Below, piece after piece: positions 12,241 through 22,929 of a stretch of DNA of 64,000 nucleotides; positions within the stretch are counted from its first letter, which is position 1, and each line of letters opens with the position of its first letter. The DNA is from Takakia lepidozioides. Its lineage: Eukaryota > Plantae > Bryophyta. The position numbers and the translations under genes were made by a program. The stretch is taken from the NCBI GenBank assembly GCA_030704615.1, contig CM060731.1:47368001-47432000 (forward strand), written 5' to 3'. A model generated the notes under the pieces. It saw only the letters and a program-made list of their open reading frames with translations. It made no database searches and had not been told where the DNA came from.

Positions 12241-12876
12241 GGAGGCACTGGTGGACTGCCTAAGGACTGGCATGTGGTCTGGAAGGCCGAATTTTGAAGC
12301 TCGTGGAGGGCGGTTTGAGGAGTATCTTCATGATATTCCCATGGTCATGCAAGTGAGGGAAGAGAGGAGAGGAAGAGTGTTGGGATGAGGGCATGTTGGG
12401 GTTAGGCATTGCTTTAGCTTCTCTTCCTCGTAGTTTCCACCCTCTCATTAGGCCAAGACCTTTCCGTAGGTGGAGGCAAGAGTCAGTCCGGGTTTGGGCT
12501 GGGGTGTCCTTGCAGGAGCAACACCGTGGAGTTGTTTTTGGTGTGGGGCCTACACCTGTACCTGCATACTTGACTGTGCGCCATGCTAGTTTTGTGTGGG
12601 CGCTTGTTTTTATAGGTGATTGGTCCGGATTTGATCACCGGCCAGTCCTAGAGCATGCTGTCGATGGTGAGGCTGGGGTGATGACCAGCCGGACCATCAT
12701 TGTTTCTCCTGTGGTGAGGTTGGAGGTGATGACCAGCCAACCATAGGAGTGCTTGCGGTGGATGCAGGTACAGGTGTAGGCTATATTAGGTACTTAGTAT
12801 TCCAAACCATAAGCCGCAACATGTTCTCTACCCGGTTACCTTGTGGAGAGGGGGTTAGGGACATGTTCATGACCGG

Positions 12877-14140
12877 TTGAGTGTCAACACGGAGGTGCCA
12901 CTAGTTGCTGGGGACAGTGCCGGTTCGAGCACTAGCGATACTAGTGGGTACACGAGACGAGGTGTGCGGTTTAGGCCACCTTCACCTCCTGTGTCTTCCA
13001 CGGAAGGTTCTGATTCGGATTGTGAATCAGGAGGACTCATACCGGCAGTGCAAGTTGTTTCTTTGTCATTGTTGTGGGACACAATGGAGGAGATGTATGG
13101 AGCTACCAAGGGGCCACGAAGGTACTCTGGGGCGGTGGGCACCATCGAGTTGGATGATTTTATCCAAGAGTTTGATAGTTGGTGTGATTTGCAGCAAATG
13201 CGCAATCCACAACTATTTACGCCGTTCATGGCATGGAAAGGGCTGTTTCAGCACCTTGAGGGGCCGCCTATGGATGATTACCATGAGTTCAGGCGGGGGC
13301 ATGAGGTTAAGATCGAGGAGTGGAGGATGTACTGGTCACCCGACTATGTCTCCATCACTAGGGGCACTAGAGCCACGAGGGCAGTGGCTACACCTGCCGC
13401 TGCACCGGCAGCTTCAGCAAGTAGCAGTGGAACTAGTGGGACTGGTGGTACAGTAGCTACGACGTCCACCCAAGCCACTACCGCACCAGCACTAGCACCC
13501 GTGCCTGCCTTCAACCCTGTTGTGGAGTTCTTCGAAGAGTTGAGAGGGAACTACCAAGGGGTGAGGACAGAGAAGTTGCGGAGCTTGCAAGAGTTCCAAC
13601 GGAAGCCGACCGAGAGCTTGAGGGAGGCTTTCACTCGCATGAGGCGCTTGATAAATGTAACCCAAGGGGTTACGGAAGCTCAGGCAGTCCAATTCTGGTA
13701 TGGGATATTGGACAAGGAGTTGAGGAGAAGGGTGCGGGATGCAACTCTCCTACAAGCGGCCCAACCCACCTTAGCAAATGTGTTTTTGCTGGCAGAGCGG
13801 ATAGAGCTCAACATGGTGGAGGAACGAGTGGTCATGGTGGGATTTGCTAAGGAGACACCACGGGGTAGTGGTGCTCCTAGCCAACCACTACCTCGTGCTC
13901 AAGGCAACAAGGGGCTCAGGTGAAGCTCAGGGAAGGGCAGAGATGACCTCAGATGCAGGGGTCTCTCCCTTCATTTGCTGGCCAACAACGGGCGGAGGTG
14001 GTGTGCTGGACATGTGGAGGACCCCATGTCAAGAAGGATTGCCGAGAGGGAGGCACAGGGTCGGCACATGCATAGCCTGCACAGTTGCAGTGTAGGCATT
14101 GTGGCAAGCACGGGCATGGACAGGCCCAGTGTTATGGTTT
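12877..14140 (+). pseudogene. gag: Gag of the outer element with two CCHC zinc knuckles (stop and frameshifts)
   Basis: ORF 12877-13923 is retrotransposon-Gag-like (FQRKPTESLREAFTRM...QFWYGIL). It is followed by CWTCGGPHVKKDC (about 14004-14042) and CRHCGKHGHGQAQC (14091-14132). Confidence 0.8.
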
Positions 14141-15662
14141 GCATCTTGAGTTGCGCCCAGGCCAGTTCCAAGGGAACAATGGTGGCCGGGGGCGAGGTGG
14201 AGCAGCCCAGAGAGGACGAGGTGGCCAGCCACGAGGTGCAGGCCAAGGGCAAGCTCAACGTGGCCAAGGACGCGGAGGTCAGGGTGTTGACCAAGGCATG
14301 GCCAACCGGCTTCAGCAGCTAGAGCAGAGGCTCGCTGCCATGGCTACAGCTCAGGTGGTACCGGCTCTAAGGCCGGATGGTCCACCTCCTGCTCCTAAGG
14401 GAGGAGATATGGGAGGCATGGGATTCATGTGTGGAGCAGCACTACCACTAGTGCAGGTGGAGTCTGCTGCAGCCGTGACTCGAGGAGCAGCACGAGTTCC
14501 TGAGCCACGAGGTGCAGAGGTGGAGTTGGATCCACAGCGTGGGGAGGCAAGCCGTCAGGCTAGGCTTCCTCAGTCATTCACATTGGCGGAGACAGTGTCA
14601 ACGCCATCCATGGCACCTAGTTCTCGCCCGACGGTTACCAAGGCGGAGGTTATTATGCCATTGGGGAGAGCTACACGGGTAGCACCACTACCTAGTGTTG
14701 CCAAGGCTGCGGCTGCTAGTGTGCTGCTAGGAGCGGCCACATCTGTGTGCCAGGCTCCATTGTTCTTGGCTACCATGATTGCGACGCCGGGGGTAAAACC
14801 AGCTGAGGTGTTCAGGCTGGCAGCTACACTCTGTGAGAGTGGGGAGGTTACTTCATCTTCTGCGGAGATAGTGGGAGGTGTAGTGTCGGAGGGATCCTCG
14901 GATTTGAGGGTCAAGACTGCTATGGCGGCGCCATGGCAAGCTGCAGCTGCCAGGTTGATGGAGCTGCCAGCTAGGCCAGCCATTGAGCGCGCCATGGTGA
15001 CACCTGGAGTTGTCATGTTAGACAACCAGGATGGCATTTTCTGTTTGAGTGGACCGGCAGGCAAGAGGTACCGGCCACTGCGGGTCTTGTTGGACTCAGG
15101 AGCTCAGCCATTGATGCTGGGCAAAGCTGCTATTGCAGGCTTGGGCCTCACGGAGACGGATATGGAGCCTTGTCCTTTCCAGATACAGACGTCTCTGGGA
15201 GGATCGGAGCAGGCTCGGGGCATGACACGGCGTGAGTTGGCTATCAGACTACGGCCGGATCACCCTATAGATGGCTCAGTGATGCGAGCCAAGGCCATTG
15301 TGACAGACGTAGTCTCATACGATGTCCTGGTTGGTGGGGCAGTGTTGTACCCCATGGGCTTCACCCTGGATTTTTGGGAGGAGTCAGCTTCCTATAGGCC
15401 TGTATGGCAGTCAGGGGAGGGCCGGCGTGTGCAGCTCCCTGTGACGTTCATAGGAGGAGTTGCGGTTGCCCAGCGATGCAAGATGCCGACACTAGCAGCA
15501 TTCACAGCGGCAGTGAGTTGGCCTAGAGAGTTGCTTGAGGGCAATGCTCATTCAGAGGATGTACCACCTCCGGGAGAGCAGGATGACATGTATGGTATGG
15601 CGGAGTTGCCTACCATGGTTGCTCAGACTCCATTGTGGGGCACGAGCAAGGATTTGCAGTAG
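14085..15662 (+). pseudogene. RG-rich linker and retropepsin aspartic protease of the outer element
   Basis: VLLDSGAQPLM active-site motif and distal YDVLVG motif. Confidence 0.85.
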
Positions 15663-15804
15663 GATGCTGATTGACGGGTGCAACAAGCCTGGGTGGAGGT
15701 TTTTGTACCGTCAGGAGAGGAGGAGAGTGTGGGGATTGCACCAGGACCACCTCAATTGTCTCCATTGGACACCACACCTATTGTGTGGCAGTATCCGGAT
15801 GAAG

Positions 15805-16755
15805 GCATTTGTCTTCTGGACTTGTTTGGCGGGATCAGCACCGGATTGGCTGCTGTGTTACAAGCAGGTGTACGAGTTCGGCGTTACCTGTATGTGGAGA
15901 GGGATGAGACTGCACGACGCGTTTCACTTCACCATGTTGCTTAGTTGGTGCAGCGGTACCCTGAGTTGTTGTTGGTGTCTGCAATTCGTGGATATCAGCA
16001 GGCCTTGCCAGCAGACATTTCGTTGCTGGGGGCGCAAGATTTGGAGCGGGTTGGCTCCATTGATCTGGTAGTGGCAGGTTGGCCCTGCCAAGGGCATTCA
16101 TCAGCCGGGCATGGCAATGGATTGCAAGACTCGAGGTCGGGTCTGTTTTGGAGATGGTGCGGGTTTTGCGCCACTTACAGCTTCATCAAGCTGTATCTCC
16201 AGCATACATCTTGGAGAATGTGCCACTGATGGGCGATTCTCGGGCCAGGGTGATGGCCAGTGCGCATCAAGTCCGCTCGTGACTTGGGTTAGCACTGTTG
16301 CTAGATGCAGCTACAGTGGGGTCACGGGCTCATCGTCCACGGCTATGGTGGACTAACTTGATGCCACCCGCACTCCTCAAGCGTGCATTTGGTGGGGTGC
16401 AGTGGCCAGCACATCTCACAGTGGATAACATTCTGGACACAGGGAGGCAGTCTCAGCGTGTGAGACACGATGACCGTTCGCCTTGGCAGTGGTCAACAAG
16501 GTGGGTCAACCACGAGCAGCATTACCTACACTGCTCAGCTTCCCAGGATCGCATGCTTTCCGGGATAGTGGACCTGGCCTCCTGTGGGATGCTCAGTTGC
16601 AGCAGTTAGTGGAGCCTAATGCTGACGAGCGTGAGCGGGCAATGGGTTTTACCACTGGTACCACGGCGGTGTCGTCTCTTTCTGAGGCATCACGTCGTCA
16701 AGTGTTGGGGCAAGCAATGGATCTCAATTGCTTGACCTGGATTATCGGCTTGGCT
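15805..16755 (+). pseudogene. C5-cytosine DNA methyltransferase domain embedded in Pol (disrupted)
   Basis: Ordered motifs: I LLDLFGGIS, II YVE, IV AGWPCQGHS (catalytic PC at 16083-16088), VI LENV (16211), VIII HRPRLWW (16331), IX ERERAMGF (16627), X LGQAM (16705). The domain is spread over ORFs 15678, 15945, 16079, 16298 and 16483. Confidence 0.93.
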
Positions 16756-17178
16756 CTGGCTGAGCAACGCAGAGTGCGGAGTACACTTTCCTCAATGGTC
16801 TCTCTGCCTACCGAGACGGTACAGGCAGTGAGTGGGGGCGAGCATGTGAGGACCACGGGGTGCATGCATCCATGGCACACGTGGGAGGTGCTCGAGGTTC
16901 AGAGGGAGTTGGCAGCCAAGGCGGCTGTGATGGATGAGGTTGGGGATTCTTCTCGGGTTGAGGAGGTCCTCAAGGATGAGATGATGGGGCAGGATGAGGC
17001 CTTGTCATTGACTGAGCAGGCAGGGAGTATTGCTCAGGAGGTTGCAACATAGCAACCACTGGACGCGTCATCTACCTCTAAGCCCACTGGACTTAAGGTT
17101 GCAGTTACGGAGGACAATTGGGAGCCTGACATTGGACCCATTGTCACCGGAGGAGAGAGACGACGTATACGGCGGTTC

Positions 17179-18560
17179 TTGAGGGCTTACAGGAATTGCT
17201 TTGCCTTCAGTTTGAAGGACTTGGGAGCACTGAAGGGTCAAGAGATCCGTATTGAGTTGGCCACTGACACGCCAATCTTTCGGAGACCCTATAGATACAG
17301 TGACATGGAGAGGTCTTTGATTCAGATGAGGACTCAAGATCTCTGGGAGGCAGGTTTGGTGGAGCTCTCTGGTGGAGAGTATGCTTCAGCCACAGTGATG
17401 CCAGCCAAGAAGGATGTCTATGGCAATTGGATGGAGAGACGTATGTGCGGTGATTACCGGCCTGTCAATCGTCAGACCAAGTCCGATAAGTATGCCATGC
17501 CAACACCAGATGAGATCTTTGATGCCATCGGGCATGCTAAGGCCTTTAGCACTTTGGATTTACGATCCGAATATCACCAGTTGCCAATCAAGGAGGCGGA
17601 CAAGCAGAAGATGGCATTCTGGGGGATCAATGAGCACGGCAAGGATTGCCTATATCAGTGGCGGGTTCTTACCATTTGGGCTTAAGAATGCTCCTGCAGA
17701 GTTTCAGAGAGTCATGGATAGGATTCTAGCAGGGGTGGACTTTGCTCGGTGCTACATAGATGACATCATCATCTTTAGTGTTACGATGGAGGAGCATGAG
17801 AGACACCTTCAGGTGGTATTGGAGCGCTTGAGAGCGCACGGATTGAAGTTGCATCCGGGGAAGTGCAAGTTTTTCCACAACCAGATTGAGTATCTGGGTC
17901 ACATGATATATCCTGGAGGATTGGGGGTACATCAGACTAAGGTAGAGACCATTGCACAAATTCCACGCCCCACGGATGTGAGCCGAGTTCGAGCTTTCAT
18001 GGGGTTGGCAAACTATTATAGACGGTTTGTCAAGGGATTTAGTACCATTGCAAAGGCTCTAACCAAGCTGACCAAGGTGGACCAGGAGTGGCAGTGGGAA
18101 GATGAGCAGGAACGAGCTTTTCAAGAGCTCAAGGCGAGGTTGACCTCGGCGCCTATCTTGAGACGACCTATCAGGGGGCGTCCCTTTCAGCTGCATACGG
18201 ATTGGAGCATGCTGGGGCTTGGAGCGGTGCTCACACAGGTGGATGATGAGGGAAGAGAGTTCGTAGTGGCTTATGCTAGCCGCTCGAACAACGCTGCAGT
18301 GGCTAAGTACAGCTCATATGAGGGAGAGTGCTTAGCTGCAGTGTGGGCCGTGGCACACTTCAGGTGCTATCTATACGACAATCTTTTCACCCTTGTCACG
18401 GATCACCAGCCACTCAAGTGGTTGATGGAGTCAGACAAGCTTACGGGGAAGCTTGCACGGTGGGCACTCATACTCCAGGAGTATGACTTTCAGGTTGTAC
18501 ATCGACCAGGTTTGGTCAATCGGGATGCGGATGGATTGAGTCGCAATCCATGCATGAGCC
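17179..18560 (+). pseudogene. pol: Reverse transcriptase and RNase H of the outer element
   Basis: RMCGDYRPVN, LPFGLKNAP, YIDD; RNaseH LHTDWS, EGECLA, TDH, ADGLSR. Frameshift near 17665. Confidence 0.95.
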
Positions 18561-18899
18561 AGCAGGGTGACACTGGAGCTCGGTGGCATGGTGAGACGGA
18601 CGAGGAGATGGTGTCGGATGGCACGCATCTGCATTTTGTGTATCTTGGCATCGGGAGGTCAGGTTGGACCTACAACAGGGATGATGTAGAGGGGTGTCTG
18701 AGGACCCTGAGGCTAGTGATGAGCCAGGTGGTGCCAGAGATATACATGAGGATTCGGCTGTGTTGGACTACCTCCGCACGGGAGACACGGCAGCCACTGT
18801 GACTGCCAGAGAGAGGGATCGGATCCTGCAACGAGCCAAGAGGTTCAAGTGGGAGGGGATACACCTACTTCGAGTAAATGGGGGGGTGGGTGGGATGTG

Positions 18900-20153
18900 C
18901 CTTGGGGCACCCCACACAGCGTGGGTTAGTGCGGCATGCACATGACTTTTGGAGTGCGACGCACTCACAGTTTACTGGGGGCAGGGTGGGGGTATGTACG
19001 AGGTGCAACAGTGGCTAGGTGCATGGTGTGTGACAGGGTGCGTGCTTCATTCAACGCCCCTACACCACAGTTGCATCCTTTACCAATCATGGGATTGGGC
19101 TACAGGTGGAGTCTTGACTTCGCAGGACCGTTGCCACTGACTATGCGCCACCACAGATATGTGTTGGTATGGTGGAGCACTTCTCCAAGTGGATTGAGTT
19201 GGTTCCATTGCCTGACAAGGCTAGTGAGAGGGCTGCGTATGCATTCTTGGATCGTGTGCTTAGCCGATTTGGTGCTCCAGCTGAGGTACTCACGGACCAA
19301 GGGAGAGAGTTCTTGGGGAGTTTCAGGCTTTGTGTGATAAAGCCTTGATAGACCACCGCACCACTTCTCGGGATCATCCTGAGGCCGATGGCTTAGCAGA
19401 GAGAGTTGTTCAGACGGTGAAGAGGGGTTTGCGCAAGTATGGCTTGCAGAAGGGACACCTAGGAGATTGGGATCTTCAGGTTCCTTGGTTAGCCATGGGC
19501 TACAGGTTCAGCAAACAAGCATCACTTGCCTCCTTCTCACCATATTTCCTTCTCTTTGGCCGAGAGCCGGATTTGCCTGCAGCCATTCGTAGGGACACTG
19601 CTCAAGTCCTTAACTTGACGATCCGGACGTGTGGGTACGTGCATGTGATCAGCGTGCAGAGTTGTTCAAGAAAGTCATGCCCATGGCTTTTGAGAACCTT
19701 GCCATTGCACAGCACCGTGATACGTTGAGGTATGCCACTATACGTGGTGGAGGATATCGTCCTGGGGTTCGGAGGTTTAGCCCTGGTGACTATGTTTATT
19801 TGCAGCAGACTGCTCCTACGACTCTGGATGTTACTGCAGGGCGTGTTATTCTGAGGGTTCGCGAGGTGTTGCCCTCAGGGGTCCTAATCTTAGAGGGTCG
19901 GGATGGCATGACTTGGAAGGACCATGTGCGTAATTGTGCGCCATGTCACCTTCCCAATGTCAATGGCAGAGTTGACCCAAATTTGGCAGTGGTACCTGCA
20001 GGTTTGAGGTGCATGCTCTGTGGATCTGCCAAAGGGGCAGCCACCATGCTGGTGTGTGATCGATGCTCAAGGGGTTGGCATATGGGATGCTTGACACCAC
20101 CTCTTGAGAAGGTTCCTGACAGAGATTGGTTGTGTCCACACTGCTTGGGATAG
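18900..20153 (+). pseudogene. DDE integrase with C-terminal PHD finger (frameshifted)
   Basis: RCMVCDR zinc motif, WSLDFAGP, LTDQG, HPEADGLAER, FSPGDYVYL. C4HC3 motif CMLC...CDRC...WHMGC...WLCPHC at 20010-20150. Confidence 0.9.
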
Positions 20154-20632
20154 TGGCAGTGGACATGACTGGAGGCAGCTAACAAGACATGGGAGGCCAA
20201 GCTCATAGGAGTCAATACATGAGATCCCAAGCTCAAGTTCACAGGTTGCAAGACGGCGACTAACGATGGGGCAACTCTTGCACCCGGCCTCTTGATCTAT
20301 CGAGTTTGAGAGCGGTGTTAGCCCAAAATGTTACAAGAAATATAGATTCATCGGTATACTATGAGGCATCACAGTGAACATGAAATACTACATGCCAGTG
20401 AGGGTTAATCAGCACAGGTGTAGTTGTTACTGACAATATAAGTTCTTCAAAGGCCTGTTGACATTCAGCTGTCCATGCAAACACTGCATCTTTCTTCAGA
20501 AGCTTGCTCAATGGTGCTGCTATCTGTGCATACCTTTTGACAAATTAGGGATAATGGTGGAGGACTTAGTGAGGCTATGGTCACTATCACATCTTGTGGC
20601 TACCTGGACTTAGAGGGACCTAAGCACCAGCT

Positions 20633-20640
20633 AGGGGGGA
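20633..20640 (+). promoter_or_regulatory. Polypurine tract of the outer element
   Basis: AGGGGGGA immediately before repeat B1 (T-TGTGTGG...). Confidence 0.6.
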
Positions 20641-21323
20641 TTGTGTGGACTAGTGACTGCCATAGTGGGCAGCATAGTGACAGCCTAGTGACTGACTAGT
20701 TGTAGCCTAGTGGTTGGACTAGTGGTGGACTAGTGGTATACTAGTGTGTGGTGTGCCCATGTGTTGTGTGGTTTTGGACAGCGATGTAGTTGTGTAGCGA
20801 TATGTATGCGCACGACAGCTGTCAAGTTATTTTACCACTAGTGTGAAACTAGCTAGGAAATAGCTAGCTTTTACATATTGACATTTGGGATTGGCCCAAG
20901 TGTCAATCCAGGGGTCAAGGCAGATTTAGGCCCTGGAGTGGTTATCTTCACGGTAAGCGCGGAAGGCTCATCTTTCTCGAGTTGAGCCTCACCGCGCCTA
21001 GCTATGGCGCCGTAGTGTGGATTCCCCATGGCGTGGGGTGCACTTGGCTTGACTTGTATTTGAGTGATGAGGTTATATATGCATGAGTTTATGCTTCAGC
21101 TTTGTGAGCTCGCATGAGCTTGTGCTTGTATTCTTCTTCTTTATCATTGTGTGGACTAGTGACTGCCATAGTGGGCAGCATAGTGGCAGCCTAGTAACTG
21201 ACTAGTTGTAGCCTAGTGGTTGGACTAGTGGTGGACTAGTGGTATACTAGTGTGTGGTGTGCACATGTGTTGTGTGGTTTTGGACAGCGATGTAGTTGTG
21301 TAGCGATATGTATGCGCACGACA
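20641..21323 (+). repeat. Right terminal block B1 (20641-20817) - GC - A2 (20820-21146) - B2 (21147-21323)
   Basis: B1 and B2 are 177 bp with 3 substitutions seen. A2 matches A1. Confidence 0.95.
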
Positions 21324-21573
21324 CCATGCACCTCTAGTTATTGTGTTGAGGTGCATCCACCTTCTCTACAATGTAACAGAAGGTACATGCCTCACCTTGG
21401 GGTTCTGGTTTTGGGTGGCCTCTCCCTAGAGGCCTACCCTTCACATCATAACTAACATCTAACTATAGTAGACATACTATCAGGAAAAAGAACTATGAGT
21501 TTGAGCAAACTGAATACCTATCAAGACTAGATCAGTAATTACATTTAAGATTTTGAGGGATGTAGTTATCGTA

Positions 21574-22929
21574 CCATATTTTTGGAGTTGACAACCTTGA
21601 TTTGATAGACTCCATAATTGCTGTACAAGGTATTGCGTTCCATTAATACCAAATAGATTGTAGACCACATTTGTGTTTTTATCTTGCAATGGATGGTCGT
21701 TTGGGTAGCTACTGCATATACTGATGTTATACCCACCGTGATAGTCCCCATACATACTCGGATGACCGCAATATCCGTAGTCGCCTGCACCATATACATA
21801 TAAGCACATATCAGCCACTTCACTACCCTCAGTTACATTATAAATCCAAGCGTCGAAATATGGGTCAGTGGTAGTATTTGCCACTTCATTCATCATCATA
21901 TTCAATAGTGTATCTAGGGCTCCATTTGGGGAGACATGATGATTGGGGGGTTGCCAACTGGCCCGACTCAAAAAGTAGACATCGCATTGTTGATTAAGAT
22001 TGTTTTCTTAAGAGGGTAAGGGAAGGTATGCCCAGAGAAGGTTTGTACTATTTTTACATTCTGCTTTGGTTTGTATAGTCCAATTGGCTAAACAATAGGA
22101 ACCATGGAGGGAACAGTAAACATCTCCACAATTTGTTACATCTGTATTAGTGAAAATTAAAGTAAATCCCGTTCGCATCAATAGGTAAGATGCCCGACGA
22201 ATTTTCCAACTGCAAATTTGTTGTTATGATATCGAATAGATCACGACCATCTGCGTTGATAGATGTCCCATGTGAATAGAAATCCTTCGTCTCCATCGCA
22301 ATAGTTACAACGTTGCTGACACGACTTTTGGAGTTGTGAGAATAATACTCGGTGGCAATTTGCCACCAGTTGGCTAGGTTAGGAAACTCCTTAATTGGGG
22401 ATGGCGGGGTCAAAGAAAGAAGTGCATTGCGCACAACACTCTGAAAGCTATCAGACCATTGTCCATACCAAATGATGTAAATGTAAATTGGATCAGACAT
22501 CACTTCTCCACCAAAAGTTTTCATTGTGATCACCGGAGGCCGCCATGGTGGTAGAGGTTGTTTAACTAGGTCCTCATGACTTATGTGTCGCACATTATGG
22601 AATTTGGGGCCCGTTGGTGCTTGGTAGTTTGTTGTCGCAATATTATTAGACTGCAACATACTCGAAGAGTCATGGGCATTTATAGTGGACAACGCTAGAG
22701 ACCCATCGCCATTTGAATATGCTTGAATGTTGCACATACTCGGACAAGTCAATACACTGATATATATTAGAAAAACAAAGCTCGCCCCAGTTGCTGTGGG
22801 CGTATCGTTTGTCTTTTGCTTCCCATCATGACCTCTATAGTTCACCAAGATTATGTAAGTACTACAACCTTGAAAAGACCATACAACCAGTGATGTGCAA
22901 CTTACAATGACAAAAAGATATAAATCCAT
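21574..22929 (-). pseudogene. PHI-1/EXORDIUM-like protein (frameshifted)
   Basis: GGEVMSDPIYIYIIWYGQW, LANWWQIATEY, SPNG.LD, TDPYFDAW, EVADMC, YN..GING..YLVQQLW. Frame breaks lie in 21972-22160 and a phase-1 GT donor follows QKY at about 21573. Confidence 0.8.

Larger units (their letters stand above)
2153..21323 (+). mobile_element. Ty3/Gypsy-type retrotransposon with C5-methyltransferase and PHD domains and split direct repeats (A1...B1-A2-B2); contains a nested chromovirus
   Basis: Termini TGTC...GACA, flanked by CCAT at 2149-2152 and 21324-21327. Repeat A at 2153-2479 = 20820-21146; repeat B at 20641-20817 = 21147-21323. Gag/pol lies between 12877 and 20153. Confidence 0.9.

Noticed and set aside
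15805-16755. Bacterial restriction-modification gene or contamination
   Set aside because: The domain is collinear within a retrotransposon Pol, has no partner endonuclease and is flanked by intron-containing plant genes.
2153-21323. Classification as a DIRS/Ngaro tyrosine-recombinase element
   Set aside because: I saw no tyrosine-recombinase motif set. Protease, DDE integrase, TG...CA ends and a TSD point to Gypsy-type integration.
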